Positions 1 to 13,599 of a DNA stretch of 64,000 bases are shown here, piece by piece. The notes under the pieces were generated by a model. It had not been told where the DNA came from, searched no databases, and saw only the letters and a program-made list of their open reading frames with translations. Both the position numbers and the translations under genes were made by a program. Location: contig JBPQGU010000016.1 of NCBI GenBank assembly GCA_051362555.1, positions 5,208,001-5,272,000 on the forward strand, read 5' to 3'. The DNA comes from Lingula anatina. Its lineage: Eukaryota; Animalia; Brachiopoda. Each line of letters starts with the position of its first letter. Positions within the stretch are counted from its first letter, which is position 1.

Positions 1-3000
1 AAAGATAGCCAAAAACACAGCTGAAAACAGGATCTGGAGGGGGGGGGGGGTGGCCAGAGTTTTTGCTCTTTTTCTTCCTTAATATTGACACAACCACTCT
101 TCCAGTACTTTATACTTACTACAAATGACCCAACACACCTACCGGTCACTAAAATGAAGAAAAAAAAATTTCTTCCCTTTTTGGCCAAAATTGAAGAAAT
201 CTGCTGTACGCGGACCTGATGAAAATCACTCAAAATCACCCAAAAACGACCCGTCACCAATTTTTCCGAAATGTGATGAAAATCAATCTACCACACCTGT
301 CATTCATAAAAAATGTGGAAACACGCCCGGATCACTTCATTAAAGCCCCCAATTCCAGCTTTAAAGATAGCCAAAAACACAGCTGAAAACAGGATCTGGA
401 GGGGGGGGGGGGTGGCCAGAGTTTTTGCTCTTTTTCTTCCTTAATATTGACACAACCACTCTTCCAGTACTTTATACTTACTACAAATGACCCAACACAC
501 CTACCGGTCACTAAAATGAAGAAAAAAAAATTTCTTCCCTTTTTGGCCAAAATTGAAGAAATCTGCTGTACGCGGACCTGATGAAAATCACTCAAAATCA
601 CCCAAAAACGACCCGTCACCAATTTTTCCGAAATGTGATGAAAATCAATCTACCACACCTGTCATTCATAAAAAATGTGGAAACACGCCCGGATCACTTC
701 ATTAAAGCCCCCAATTCCAGCTTTAAAGATAGCCAAAAACACAGCTGAAAACAGGATCTGGAGGGGGGGGGGGGGTGGCCAGAGTTTTTGCTCTTTTTCT
801 TCCTTAATATTGACACAACCACTCTTCCAGTACTTTATACTTACTACAAATGACCCAACACACCTACCGGTCACTAAAATGAAGAAAAAAAAATTTCTTC
901 CCTTTTTGGCCAAAATTGAAGAAATCTGCTGTACGCGGACCTGATGAAAATCACTCAAAATCACCCAAAAACGACCCGTCACCAATTTTTCCGAAATGTG
1001 ATGAAAATCAATCTACCACACCTGTCATTCATAAAAAATGTGGAAACACGCCCGGATCACTTCATTAAAGCCCCCAATTCCAGCTTTAAAGATAGCCAAA
1101 AACACAGCTGAAAACAGGATCTGGAGGGGGGGGGGGGGGGGTGGCCAGAGTTTTTGCTCTTTTTCTTCCTTAATATTGACACAACCACTCTTCCAGTACT
1201 TTATACTTACTACAAATGACCCAACACACCTACCGGTCACTAAAATGAAGAAAAAAAAATTTCTTCCCTTTTTGGCCAAAATTGAAGAAATCTGCTGTAC
1301 GCGGACCTGATGAAAATCACTCAAAATCACCCAAAAACGACCCGTCACCAATTTTTCCGAAATGTGATGAAAATCAATCTACCACACCTGTCATTCATAA
1401 AAAATGTGGAAACACGCCCGGATCACTTCATTAAAGCCCCCAATTCCAGCTTTAAAGATAGCCAAAAACACAGCTGAAAACAGGATCTGGAGGGGGGGGG
1501 GGGGGGGTGGCCAGAGTTTTTGCTCTTTTTCTTCCTTAATATTGACACAACCACTCTTCCAGTACTTTATACTTACTACAAATGACCCAACACACCTACC
1601 GGTCACTAAAATGAAGAAAAAAAAATTTCTTCCCTTTTTGGCCAAAATTGAAGAAATCTGCTGTACGCGGACCTGATGAAAATCACTCAAAATCACCCAA
1701 AAACGACCCGTCACCAATTTTTCCGAAATGTGATGAAAATCAATCTACCACACCTGTCATTCATAAAAAATGTGGAAACACGCCCGGATCACTTCATTAA
1801 AGCCCCCAATTCCAGCTTTAAAGATAGCCAAAAACACAGCTGAAAACAGGATCTGGAGGGGGGGGGGGGGGGGGTGGCCAGAGTTTTTGCTCTTTTTCTT
1901 CCTTAATATTGACACAACCACTCTTCCAGTACTTTATACTTACTACAAATGACCCAACACACCTACCGGTCACTAAAATGAAGAAAAAAAAATTTCTTCC
2001 CTTTTTGGCCAAAATTGAAGAAATCTGCTGTACGCGGACCTGATGAAAATCACTCAAAATCACCCAAAAACGACCCGTCACCAATTTTTCCGAAATGTGA
2101 TGAAAATCAATCTACCACACCTGTCATTCATAAAAAATGTGGAAACACGCCCGGATCACTTCATTAAAGCCCCCAATTCCAGCTTTAAAGATAGCCAAAA
2201 ACACAGCTGAAAACAGGATCTGGAGGGGGGGGGGGGGGGTGGCCAGAGTTTTTGCTCTTTTTCTTCCTTAATATTGACACAACCACTCTTCCAGTACTTT
2301 ATACTTACTACAAATGACCCAACACACCTACCGGTCACTAAAATGAAGAAAAAAAAATTTCTTCCCTTTTTGGCCAAAATTGAAGAAATCTGCTGTACGC
2401 GGACCTGATGAAAATCACTCAAAATCACCCAAAAACGACCCGTCACCAATTTTTCCGAAATGTGATGAAAATCAATCTACCACACCTGTCATTCATAAAA
2501 AATGTGGAAACACGCCCGGATCACTTCATTAAAGCCCCCAATTCCAGCTTTAAAGATAGCCAAAAACACAGCTGAAAACAGGATCTGGAGGGGGGGGGGG
2601 GGGGTGGCCAGAGTTTTTGCTCTTTTTCTTCCTTAATATTGACACAACCACTCTTCCAGTACTTTATACTTACTACAAATGACCCAACACACCTACCGGT
2701 CACTAAAATGAAGAAAAAAAAATTTCTTCCCTTTTTGGCCAAAATTGAAGAAATCTGCTGTACGCGGACCTGATGAAAATCACTCAAAATCACCCAAAAA
2801 CGACCCGTCACCAATTTTTCCGAAATGTGATGAAAATCAATCTACCACACCTGTCATTCATAAAAAATGTGGAAACACGCCCGGATCACTTCATTAAAGC
2901 CCCCAATTCCAGCTTTAAAGATAGCCAAAAACACAGCTGAAAACAGGATCTGGAGGGGGGGGGGGGGGGTGGCCAGAGTTTTTGCTCTTTTTCTTCCTTA

Positions 3001-4528
3001 ATATTGACACAACCACTCTTCCAGTACTTTATACTTACTACAAATGACCCAACACACCTACCGGTCACTAAAATGAAGAAAAAAAAATTTCTTCCCTTTT
3101 TGGCCAAAATTGAAGAAATCTGCTGTACGCGGACCTGATGAAAATCACTCAAAATCACCCAAAAACGACCCGTCACCAATTTTTCCGAAATGTGATGAAA
3201 ATCAATCTACCACACCTGTCATTCATAAAAAATGTGGAAACACGCCCGGATCACTTCATTAAAGCCCCCAATTCCAGCTTTAAAGATAGCCAAAAACACA
3301 GCTGAAAACAGGATCTGGAGGGGGGGGGGGGGGGGGGTGGCCAGAGTTTTTGCTCTTTTTCTTCCTTAATATTGACACAACCACTCTTCCAGTACTTTAT
3401 ACTTACTACAAATGACCCAACACACCTACCGGTCACTAAAATGAAGAAAAAAAAATTTCTTCCCTTTTTGGCCAAAATTGAAGAAATCTGCTGTACGCGG
3501 ACCTGATGAAAATCACTCAAAATCACCCAAAAACGACCCGTCACCAATTTTTCCGAAATGTGATGAAAATCAATCTACCACACCTGTCATTCATAAAAAA
3601 TGTGGAAACACGCCCGGATCACTTCATTAAAGCCCCCAATTCCAGCTTTAAAGATAGCCAAAAACACAGCTGAAAACAGGATCTGGAGGGGGGGGGGGGG
3701 GGTGGCCAGAGTTTTTGCTCTTTTTCTTCCTTAATATTGACACAACCACTCTTCCAGTACTTTATACTTACTACAAATGACCCAACACACCTACCGGTCA
3801 CTAAAATGAAGAAAAAAAAATTTCTTCCCTTTTTGGCCAAAATTGAAGAAATCTGCTGTACGCGGACCTGATGAAAATCACTCAAAATCACCCAAAAACG
3901 ACCCGTCACCAATTTTTCCGAAATGTGATGAAAATCAATCTACCACACCTGTCATTCATAAAAAATGTGGAAACACGCCCGGATCACTTCATTAAAGCCC
4001 CCAATTCCAGCTTTAAAGATAGCCAAAAACACAGCTGAAAACAGGATCTGGAGGGGGGGGGGGGGGTGGCCAGAGTTTTTGCTCTTTTTCTTCCTTAATA
4101 TTGACACAACCACTCTTCCAGTACTTTATACTTACTACAAATGACCCAACACACCTACCGGTCACTAAAATGAAGAAAAAAAAATTTCTTCCCTTTTTGG
4201 CCAAAATTGAAGAAATCTGCTGTACGCGGACCTGATGAAAATCACTCAAAATCACCCAAAAACGACCCGTCACCAATTTTTCCGAAATGTGATGAAAATC
4301 AATCTACCACACCTGTCATTCATAAAAAATGTGGAAACACGCCCGGATCACTTCATTAAAGCCCCCAATTCCAGCTTTAAAGATAGCCAAAAACACAGCT
4401 GAAAACAGGATCTGGAGGGGGGGGGGGGGGGGGGTGGCCAGAGTTTTTGCTCTTTTTCTTCCTTAATATTGACACAACCACTCTTCCAGTACTTTATACT
4501 TACTACAAATGACCCAACACACCTACCG
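1..4528. repeat. Satellite array, 362-368 bp unit, ~12.4 copies, running off the left edge of the window
   Basis: The unit starting AAAGATAGCCAAAAACAC recurs at 1, 363, 725 and onward. Copies look identical except for the length of one poly-G run. The array breaks off at ...ACCTACCG just before an A-run. Confidence 0.98.
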
Positions 4529-5250
4529 CAAAAAAAAAAAAAAATTTTCTTGCCAATCACGGACTGTTATAGACGAATGAAGTTCTGTGAGAGAAATTAG
4601 TGATTTTTCCAGTTTTTTTCCCTGATATTTTTTAGTGTTGCTAGGTTTAATTTTGATGTCAAGGAGCAGGTTGGGCCGTCAATTGCTGCCAATTTCTTTT
4701 GCAGGACCAGGCTAGTGTGCCGTGTGGGACCAATGGCGGAGGGATCGAGCTTCTGACTTTGAGCAGTGCAGTGGTTTGTTTACAAACAAGGGGTGTGCAC
4801 GTGTTCAATACTGCATGACGATATGAAAAGTACCGGTAACTCTTTGCAGTATAATTTTGTGTGATTGGCAGTTATGTCAGTGAGTCTGCTGTCTATAGGA
4901 TTACGAAATATTTCACCAAATTATTTTGTTCATGCAGTTTTGTTGGCATTTCTAAGACTATGTGCGGCCGTCAGGCGTCAATGGGAATTGAAATTATTCG
5001 TCGGTTTCCATTGTTCTCGTAATGTGTGCATGTAAACGTATTACAAAATAAACTGATATTGTCGAAGCCATTTGCCCGTAGCTCCTTATGTAGGCCTCAC
5101 ATTTCAGAATAAATCACATTAATGTTACAGTGCTAATATTAACATTTAAAACACATTCTTAGTGCAACAGTTACTTCTTGTTGAATTAATCTAAGGACAA
5201 TTACAACGTTTAAAACATAACATGACAGATAAATGGCCTTAATCAATATC

Positions 5251-5283
<33 letters not shown>

Positions 5284-5780
5284 CACCGTCTGCAGCTGCC
5301 ACGCCCCGTTTGTAAGCCATCTTGACACAGTTTGAAATAACGCGGGTTCTCGAGTCAGATTCGATATGTAAACAAACACAATTAATTCATGAGTGAAGAG
5401 AGACCACGCATGTTTAGAGAACCTTAACAGGTAAGCAAGTTATATTCACTATGAGCAGTTTTCAAATACATGTAGGAAGGTACCGTGCACGTGGCGGGGA
5501 AACCAAAATGCCTGGTAGTGGAAGGTAAGTAGCGTAAGTAAGCGCTAACGTTTCCTCCTGTAACGCATTTGCAATCCCAAACCACTCGTACTGGGTACTG
5601 CTACGATACATGTAGGCTTACTATCTCACCTACTGAAATATTTAATGTTTGCTGGATACTGTAACTGAAATGCGGTTTTGTGACTCACAGTTTATTCCTA
5701 AGGAAGAAGCCGGATAATCTAGTCTTTTCATGAAACACACAAAGATGTCATGATTGTGATTTTGGGCTAAAATTTTTTTA

Positions 5781-6409
5781 AAAAAATTGGTATCTGAATG
5801 TTCACAAAACATGACAATATTTTTTGCTAATTAAAAGTTACGTGAATAAGGAGCATTTTAATCTTTAATGGTGTTTCTAGTTTAAACTGGTTCTCACAGA
5901 AGTTCTCACTGATGCCAATGTTGCACACTTAGGCAAGTACATGCCATTTACGTCTTACTATTATAATTAGAAAACAAATTCATTATTTGAAATGTGACTA
6001 CATGTACATGTCATGTATGTGATTATAAAGTTACACATTTTTGTTATTCTAGTGTATTCATCTAATTTTATGCAAACTCAATATTCCAGGAAAAAATTGG
6101 TATCTGAATGTTCACAAAACATGACAATATTTTTTGCTAATTAAAAGTTACGTGAATAAGGAGCATTTTAATCTTTAATGGTGTTTCTAGTTTAAACTGG
6201 TTCTCACAGAAGTTCTCACTGATGCCAATGTTGCACACTTAGGCAAGTACATGCCATTTACGTCTTACTATTATAATTAGAAAGCAAATTCATTATTTGA
6301 AATGTGACTACATGTACATGTCATGTATGTGATTATAAAGTTACACATTTTTGTTATTCTAGTGTATTCATCTAATTTTATGCAAACTCAATATTCCAGG
6401 AAAAAATTG
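5781..6409. repeat. 310-bp direct tandem duplication
   Basis: 5781-6090 is repeated at 6091-6400 with one visible substitution (AAAACAAATT vs AAAGCAAATT). AAAAAATTG lies at all three boundaries. Confidence 0.95.
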
Positions 6410-6901
6410 ACCTGGGATAAAACATGTATGGCTTATTTTGCATGGGGCCAAAAATCTTGGAAAGAAGAATCTGATATCACTGTGAGTAGATATGCATGGG
6501 AACAACACAAACTGTTGCACCATTTTCTATATTTTCAGGTAGAGAAAATAAGTGAGCTTTTTTTCCATCGCAGATGTTTTCTTTTTTTAATAGAGTTATA
6601 AACTAAGAATTCAAAAGCTCTTTTTTTGCAATTTTATATTTTATGCTGGACAGACAAAGAGTACAAGAGATCTGGATGCATGGATCAAAGACATATAAAT
6701 TATACTCTCACTATTGGGAATGCGAGCAAGACTACGGAAATGTTTTGGTGAGATATTGCTGCAGTGTTGTGTTTATTTATTTATTTGACAAAAATCTCAC
6801 AGTGTAATACCACAGTCTAAATTTAAGTATACACTTTAAATTATAAATTATGTATGTATATTATAATATACTTATCAGGTAACAAAAATTATATGGACTT
6901 A

Positions 6902-7131
6902 GTCCCCATTCCCATACCTAGATCAATCTAGCATGATCGACCCATCTCCGAGTGGATTCTGACTAAGTTGCGTTCAGGATAAAGCAGCTTAGATGTCTGA
7001 CATGCCTACTGAAGCAGCTAAACGATTGTAAATTACTTCCTAACAGCTTCAGTAGGGGTGCCAGACATCAGCACCACTTAGGCAGAGATAGGTTGATCCA
7101 GCTAGATTGATCTAGGTATGGGAATGGGATC
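6902..7131. mobile_element. Foldback MITE, PIF/Harbinger-like
   Basis: Terminal inverted repeats CCCATTCCCATACCTAGATCAATCTAGC / GCTAGATTGATCTAGGTATGGGAATGGG, further internal inverted arms, and TTA/TAA flanks. Confidence 0.8.
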
Positions 7132-8048
7132 TAACACTGATCAGATATCAGTCTTTATTCAATCAAGGCAAAGTCTATAAAGAAAATTCATTTTCACTTC
7201 CAGCCAAAATGGAGGGGTGTTCTACCATCACATTCAAAATGAACATGAATTGTTTTTAGAGATGGTCTGGGGGAAGCACATTGTCAGCATAAACCTATCC
7301 CACCAGAGGCTGAGAGGAACAAACCATGGCTAGAACCTGGGTCACATGCAGTTCCGGCACTGGTAGTAGAAACTGTTCTAAACAAGAGGTTTCAAAACAA
7401 CTTATCTCTGGTTATTAACACAGTAATATACTTGTAGCAACATTAGCATATTATAGAGGATACAAGTGGAGTTTTTGTCTCATCACAAAGAACCTCTCCA
7501 GACCCAAATCTTGTTTAAGAAAATGTTTAAGGACTAGCTGCTGTTAACAAGATGACAAGATGGGAAGCTCTTTTTGTGTTTTCTTAGCTGTGTGCTGTTT
7601 TGTCTTATATGTAGACTCTGTTAGTACTGTGATGGATACTGTATGTATATATTCAGGTACAATGTATGTTCTAATTTATGCAAAGAATCGTTGTTAAACA
7701 ACTCTGGTAGAAAAATTGTAGAGCCTGGATTTATAAAAATCACTATATAAAGTTAAATCTATACAAATGTAGTAAGAGGCATTTTCAGTTTTTTTTTTGC
7801 AGACACAGAATCTGTTGAAAATATCAATTCACATGTTTTGATGTATTTTTTCAAAACAGAACTCATTTAAACCACCTGCCTACAGAGCTAGAAGCTATCT
7901 GGTTGTGATACACTGCCAAGAGTACAATAATAGGCAGGCGACAATTAAAGTGGATGGTACATTCAGCTAGTGTTAATTCTGAAAGGGATTTCAGATCATG
8001 ATTGATTTCTTTATGATGCAGATAAATAAAAAATGCACAGTATTCATT

Positions 8049-8215
8049 CAGGCCCGTAGCCAGGGGGGTTCGGGGGGTTCGAAAGAACCGCCCCTTTTGC
8101 TGGGAAAAGGTCCACTCTGGGTAAAATTTGATCTAGGTACATAAAGTTTTTAAGGAAAAAGGTCCACTTTTTCAGAAACAGAACCCCCCTTTTGAAATTG
8201 CTGGCTACGGGCCTG
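8049..8215. mobile_element. Short non-autonomous DNA transposon (MITE), copy 1
   Basis: TIR CAGGCCCGTAGCCAG...CTGGCTACGGGCCTG with TCATT on both sides. A related copy lies at 10566-10735. Confidence 0.85.
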
Positions 8216-8731
8216 TCATTGCAATTTGATACAGTCTGATGTATTGAGAAATGGCTGTTCACTTCTTTTTTGAAATACTGTCAACTGCTACGTACTAAAA
8301 TGTTTTAAATGAGATGTTCCCATGTTTCTTGAAAATATAAAAGCATAATCTAAGAGCAAAGGAAGTATTAAAACAAATGTTTTCATTCTGAAGTTCAAGT
8401 TACAATTAGCTAGATGATTATTATAATTATTTGATCCTCACATTGTAGGTAAGGAAATTGGTTTAGCAAGCACATAAGGACATGGGTGGTCTATCCAGTA
8501 GTAAAAAAGATATAAAGATATCATTACATTCCCACATAACAGTCTCATGCAGTGACATTGAGGCTGACATTTGGCTCATGGCAGCACGGATGCAACTTGA
8601 GCCATGGGACCCAAGGAACCTCAGTCCAAATCCTGTTTAGTGATTATTATGCATGATTGGCAATGCCCAATACAAGAAGACATAACAAATAAGTTAAACT
8701 GTTTTGTAGTTTTGGTTGGTCATGTATGTAA

Positions 8732-8988
8732 GACCCCATTCCTATAGATACACCATCAGTCCATGTGGTTCAACCCAGCTCTGTGAGGACTCTCGCTAAG
8801 TGCAATCAGCTGAACAGATTGATTTGCCTCCTCTTGTTTCCAACATACCAGTACTCATAATAGTCACTAGCTTTCTGTATTCTTAACACCAGAAAATGTA
8901 CTAATCTTTTAAGCTGATTGCACTTAGCAAAAATCCCAGCAGAGTTGGGTATATCAAGGTAGACCTTTGTTTTTATGTGAATTGGGCC
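8732..8988. mobile_element. Degenerate foldback MITE with termini related to the 6902 element
   Basis: Termini GACCCCATTC...GAATTGGGCC, internal inverted arms GCTAAGTGCAATCAGCT / AGCTGATTGCACTTAGC, and TAA/TTA flanks. Confidence 0.7.
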
Positions 8989-10565
8989 TTAGAAAACTGG
9001 ATGTATGTTGTTCAAGGTATCAGGACACACACACACCCCTCCTGTAATCAATATCATACTGAAAATGAAAATGCAACACTGAGACAAACTTTAAATGCCT
9101 GCCTTTAATCAAAATGTATCTCAAGCTAGAGGTGGGGTAAATGGATAATGTCACCCATCCAGGTATCCCTTTAATGAACTAACTGCCACATTTTGTTTTG
9201 CCACTCCACTGTGAAGGGGTGAGGTTGTCCAGGAGAGATTGTCCTTGAATCTTTCAAATCTCAAGGTGTCAGGTTCCTATTTATTTAGAAGTAGAAATAT
9301 TTTGGAATTCTTTTAGAGAAAAAAAAATTTTTTTTAATTTTTTTAAATTTATTTATTTGGAAAATCAGTTGTGGATATGCCATAATTAATATTGAACTGT
9401 TTATGAATGTTTGGAAAATTTTGGCAAAGATTTTGACTAACAAACCCCCTCAATTTCCCATATGGCATGTTCCATGCACGTTGGAGATTGTCATGTGTTT
9501 ACTCCTATACTGACACTCAGTACAAATTGTACATTTGGTAGAAATTCGTAAGTGTGATTCATTTTGAAGCTTTGTATCTAGTTTCCTAATTTTCATATTG
9601 ATTAATAAAAAATGCATATTTGTAAGTTGGTGGAAATATGGGTTAATGCTTTTTTTTTTTTTTTTTTTTTTTTTTTGACTGATGAGTCTCCAAAAGCTCT
9701 GAGAAGCAGTTTCTCATAACTTGTGCCATTCTGAAAATAGTTCCGAGTTGAGAAAAAAAAATTTACAACAAGCAAAAACAGTGAAAGTTGCATGACCAAA
9801 TGTTATCACTTACTTGAAGGGACATGTTAAGAAGGGAAATATTAAAAATAGCTGTATTGTTATTGTTTATAACCTGAGAACAAAGTATTTGTATCAACGA
9901 CATAAAAGTCACAGTATCACAAAACAAAAATGTATATTTATTTGTATTGCATTTCTTGCACTGCTTTAACAAGAGTGCAGAAAAAGTTAGTGCTTCTAAT
10001 AAAAACTCATTTTTGCTAATTGCTGTTGTTAATTATCTCATTTTCAGTCTTATGTGTGGCTGTCCAATCACAACAGGCTTGAAAAAAATGTTATTTACAG
10101 TCACAGCTTTTAGGGGAAACATTCGCTAGCAATACATATAAACGTGTTGACAGTATTTTGCCCATTCTATTCTGACTGCTTCACTTGCTGGTTATGTGAA
10201 AAGAAAATGGCTATAGAATTCAGATTAATAAAATATCTGTCTTTCTAGCTGCAAAAGTTGAGAAAGGGGCCTATCTCCAGTCTTCAAGATATAACATGCA
10301 GAAAATGGAGGGGAGAACAGTGCGCTCCTTCACACCCGCCCCCACCCTTTCTCTAGGGTATTTTTTCCTTCTCTCTGTAATATTTACGATCTTTTGTGAA
10401 TACGACCGGTGTTAAAAAAAGGTAAGTTTATTAGTATCTCTAAAATCTGAAATTGATGACTTCAATAACTTCCCTTAATCATGGTTAAATAGTATTCTTT
10501 GACCACGGCGCCGCAGAAGCTTAGAGCAGGCCAGTTTGGAAATACATAGGCCTACTCGTATATAT

Positions 10566-10735
10566 CAGGCCCGTAGCCATGGGGGGGGGGGGGGGGGGGT
10601 CGAAAGAACCCCCCTTTTTGCCGAAAAAGGTCCCCTCTGAGTAAAGTTTTATCTATGTACACGAAACTTTCTTGGTAAAAGGTCCACTTTTTCAAAGGAA
10701 GAACCCCCCATTTCAAACTGCTGGCTACGGGCCTG
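10566..10735. mobile_element. MITE, copy 2 of the CAGGCCCGTAGCC family
   Basis: Same TIRs and a homologous interior (AAAAGGTCCACTTTTTCA) as 8049-8215. Confidence 0.85.
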
Positions 10736-12199
10736 TACATATATATCTGCAATCGATAGTCCGGGGGCGTACAAATATATGTAAATTTCATCCCGCGCAG
10801 CGATTTGTTATATCTATCTTCATTGTTATTTTTAATTTTTGACTTAATATAAACTGTTGAGAAATATGATGTATGGTGACAAATAGGTCTATGCGGCCGA
10901 GGGTTATAGCCTTATAGTAAAATAATATTCTATGGATATATATATATATATTCTATAGATTCGCCGTTCTTTGGGACCGATTTCCACAGCAACTCCTCAA
11001 TCAAAATGTGCCATTCACTGTACCAGTTGTGATTTGCATAACAATAAGTCACGCATCACATTGCGACCTATGCTCCTGGCTGGTCACTTGACAGCTAGAC
11101 CCTGTAAGAAGACGACCTGCATTGATAGATGTGGTGAAGTCATTGTGCCGAACAATTTTTTTCAGCGTTGAAGCTTGGACCCACTGTGTAGGCTTACATT
11201 TTTTGGTGAAGCCACAGTTGAGGCAAATATGTTTTGTGAGTAGAATATCGCCTACTAGCCTTTACAAGTGGAAAGAAGTTATTTGATAATGTGGTAGACG
11301 TACAGTGCATACGTAAATGTACGGCTTGCCGAAGTTTTCGCCCTTTCATGTTGCAATGTAGGTTACCGTACAGTAGCTGCACTCAGTCAAGAAACTTTCA
11401 CACTGATTGACTTGGTTTATGCCACTTATTAGGTAGTGTAATTAGACAAAAACGTACGTTACAAAGACCAAAGCCGAAGAAGTTTACGTTTATTTTGAAA
11501 TAGTTTACTTTGTCTTACGATGAAGTGAGCTAATATCTATTCAGATCTCCCTGTCGTTTAAACTCTTTGTCGTTTAGAATTATGTTCTTTTCGTTATCTT
11601 ATCTTAGTTCTAATTTTATTGCATTGGGATATCATTTTAAAATCGTAATTAAAACATTGTTTTGACATTTCAGAACTGCCAACTCTGCAGTGATCCCGCG
11701 AAATGCACGAGCGTCTCATTGATAGAATCTTCCAAAGCCTTCTAGTCGTATTTTGGAACCTTACACGGGCACACACGCAGGCACTGACGTGCTCGAACGA
11801 CCACGCACCGCACATGCAATATGGCGAAAATGGAACATGCTTTTATTGCGACTTTCAAAACACAGTAATCGAGTATTTTTATATTCAAATTATACCTTAA
11901 TTAGGACAAGCTATCGACACCCTTTCTAGATGTTGGTTTCTTTTAGTAAAAAGCATGGATGCTGGTATTGAAATCCAAATAGAGAAAGTAATAGGAAATA
12001 GTTCCAATGCAAACCAAACCACGGCCCCGAAATGTCAATAATTAATATTTTATTATATTATATGACTATTTTATTTCTTCACCATGATTTTCTGTCTCTA
12101 AAGATACCCTAAATAAAAAAATATCACACAAGGACTTTGTTTTATAGTTTGATACGAGTTTGGTTTGTGTGAATGCATTGATGTGGATGACAGTTGAAA

Positions 12200-12690
12200 G
12201 TTGACAAGTGGGTCGAGTTTACTCCATTTAAGGGGTTACAGGTGGGGCGAGTCCATTTCATCTGAGGGGTGACAGGTGGGGCGAGTCCATTCCATCTGAG
12301 GGGTGACAGGAGGGGCGAGTCCATTCCATCTGAGGGGTGACAGGTGGGACGAGTCCATTCCATTTGAGGGGTGGCAGGTGGGGCGAGTCCATTCCATCTG
12401 AGGGGTGACAGGTGGGACGAGTCCATTCCATATGAGGGGTGACAGGTGGGGCGAGTCCATTCCATCTGAGGGGTGACAGGTGGGACGAGTCCATTTCATC
12501 TGAGGGGTGACAGGTGGGACGCGTACATTCCATATGAGGGGTGACAGGTGGGGCGAGTCCATTCCATCTGAGGGGTGACAGGTGGGACGAGTCCATTCTA
12601 TTTGAGGGGTGGGGCGAGTCCATTCCATCTAAGGGATGCCAGGTGGGGCGAGTCCATTCCGTTTGAGGGGTGACAGGTGGGTCGAGACCG
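12200..12690. repeat. G-rich 34-bp minisatellite, ~14 copies
   Basis: Unit TGAGGGGTGACAGGTGGG(G/A)CGAGTCCATTCCATC repeated with variants. Confidence 0.95.
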
Positions 12691-13599
12691 TTCTTTTTGG
12701 GGAGAGCACACAAGTAAAATCACAAATTACATATTAATGCCACTGCAATTAGGTGTATAAAAGAACACTATATTTTTAGTATTGTTTTACCAAGTTTTAA
12801 GGGGTTAAGACTTTGTATCATGCAGAAAAAGACATTAAAAAGACATTATTTGGCTGAAAAACTATATTTTTTACAATTTATTAAAAAGATTACATTTTTG
12901 TCTGCACATTTGGGACTGTGTGGAAATAAATCTAGGTCACAAAATTAAATCAAAAGATCAATATATTCTATTTATGATTTTAATGAGATATTTTCAAATA
13001 TATTGGAATATGCAGACCTAATTTTTGGGTGGAGCAAATTTCAACTGTTGCCTTTTCTAAAGTGTGTCATGATCGTCATATTTGTTTTAATTTAAGATTG
13101 AAGTATTAATCTGATGATGTCGTGAAATTTGAATAAATTTTCTGTAGCAAACCAGAACCCTTAAAACCTGGACCTATATTAAATTAAGAAAATTATATCC
13201 CAAAGGACGAACTTATTTAATCCAATAGATATAAAAAACCTTCTCTCCATATAATAAAATGTAGGGCAGATTTCCCAAAAGGCAAGATCGTAAATTCATA
13301 AAAATTATATTTATAAATGTGGGCTGTTGGAAAATCCTGCGGATGTATTTTTTAAATTCTCAACTTCAGTTATTTACAAAATACTGGGCATATTAACAAA
13401 CCTTTTAAAACCTTCGATTTAAGACATCTTCTGTTACTGTAGAAATCATCTATCCCAAACACAATGATTACAGATCATTTTTAACAGATTTAATTTGAAA
13501 GTGCACAGACAATAATCATATCTTCATAACTTTACCCCTAACCATCTACTATTACTAATATTTTTATCATTATTTCATATCGAAATAAAAAACCAAGTT

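Larger units (their letters stand above)
5690..8640 (+). pseudogene. Decayed, intron-split DDE transposase, probably Kolobok-type
   Basis: Collinear peptide remnants, mostly bounded by AG/GT sites: EVLTDA (~5900, duplicated at ~6210), PGIKHVWLILHGAKNLGKK (~6411-6467), DLDAWIKDI (~6670), HHIQNEHE...ERNKPWLEPGSHA...VLNKRFQNNL (7220-7410), TESVENINSHVLMYF.KQNSFKPPAYRAR (7805-7895) and WVVYPV...DPRNLSP (8480-8630). Many stops and frameshifts. The family call rests on recalled motif similarity. Confidence 0.65.

Noticed and set aside
332-4560. Repeated 87-108 aa ORFs (MVTGRFWV..., MWKHARIT...) as a multicopy gene family
   Set aside because: They are translations of the satellite unit. Their frames change with poly-G length, and no gene structure or recognisable domain is present.
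12142-12713. Three overlapping repetitive ORFs (MEWTRPTCHPS...)
   Set aside because: They arise from a 34-bp minisatellite whose unit is not a multiple of three and has few stop codons on that strand.
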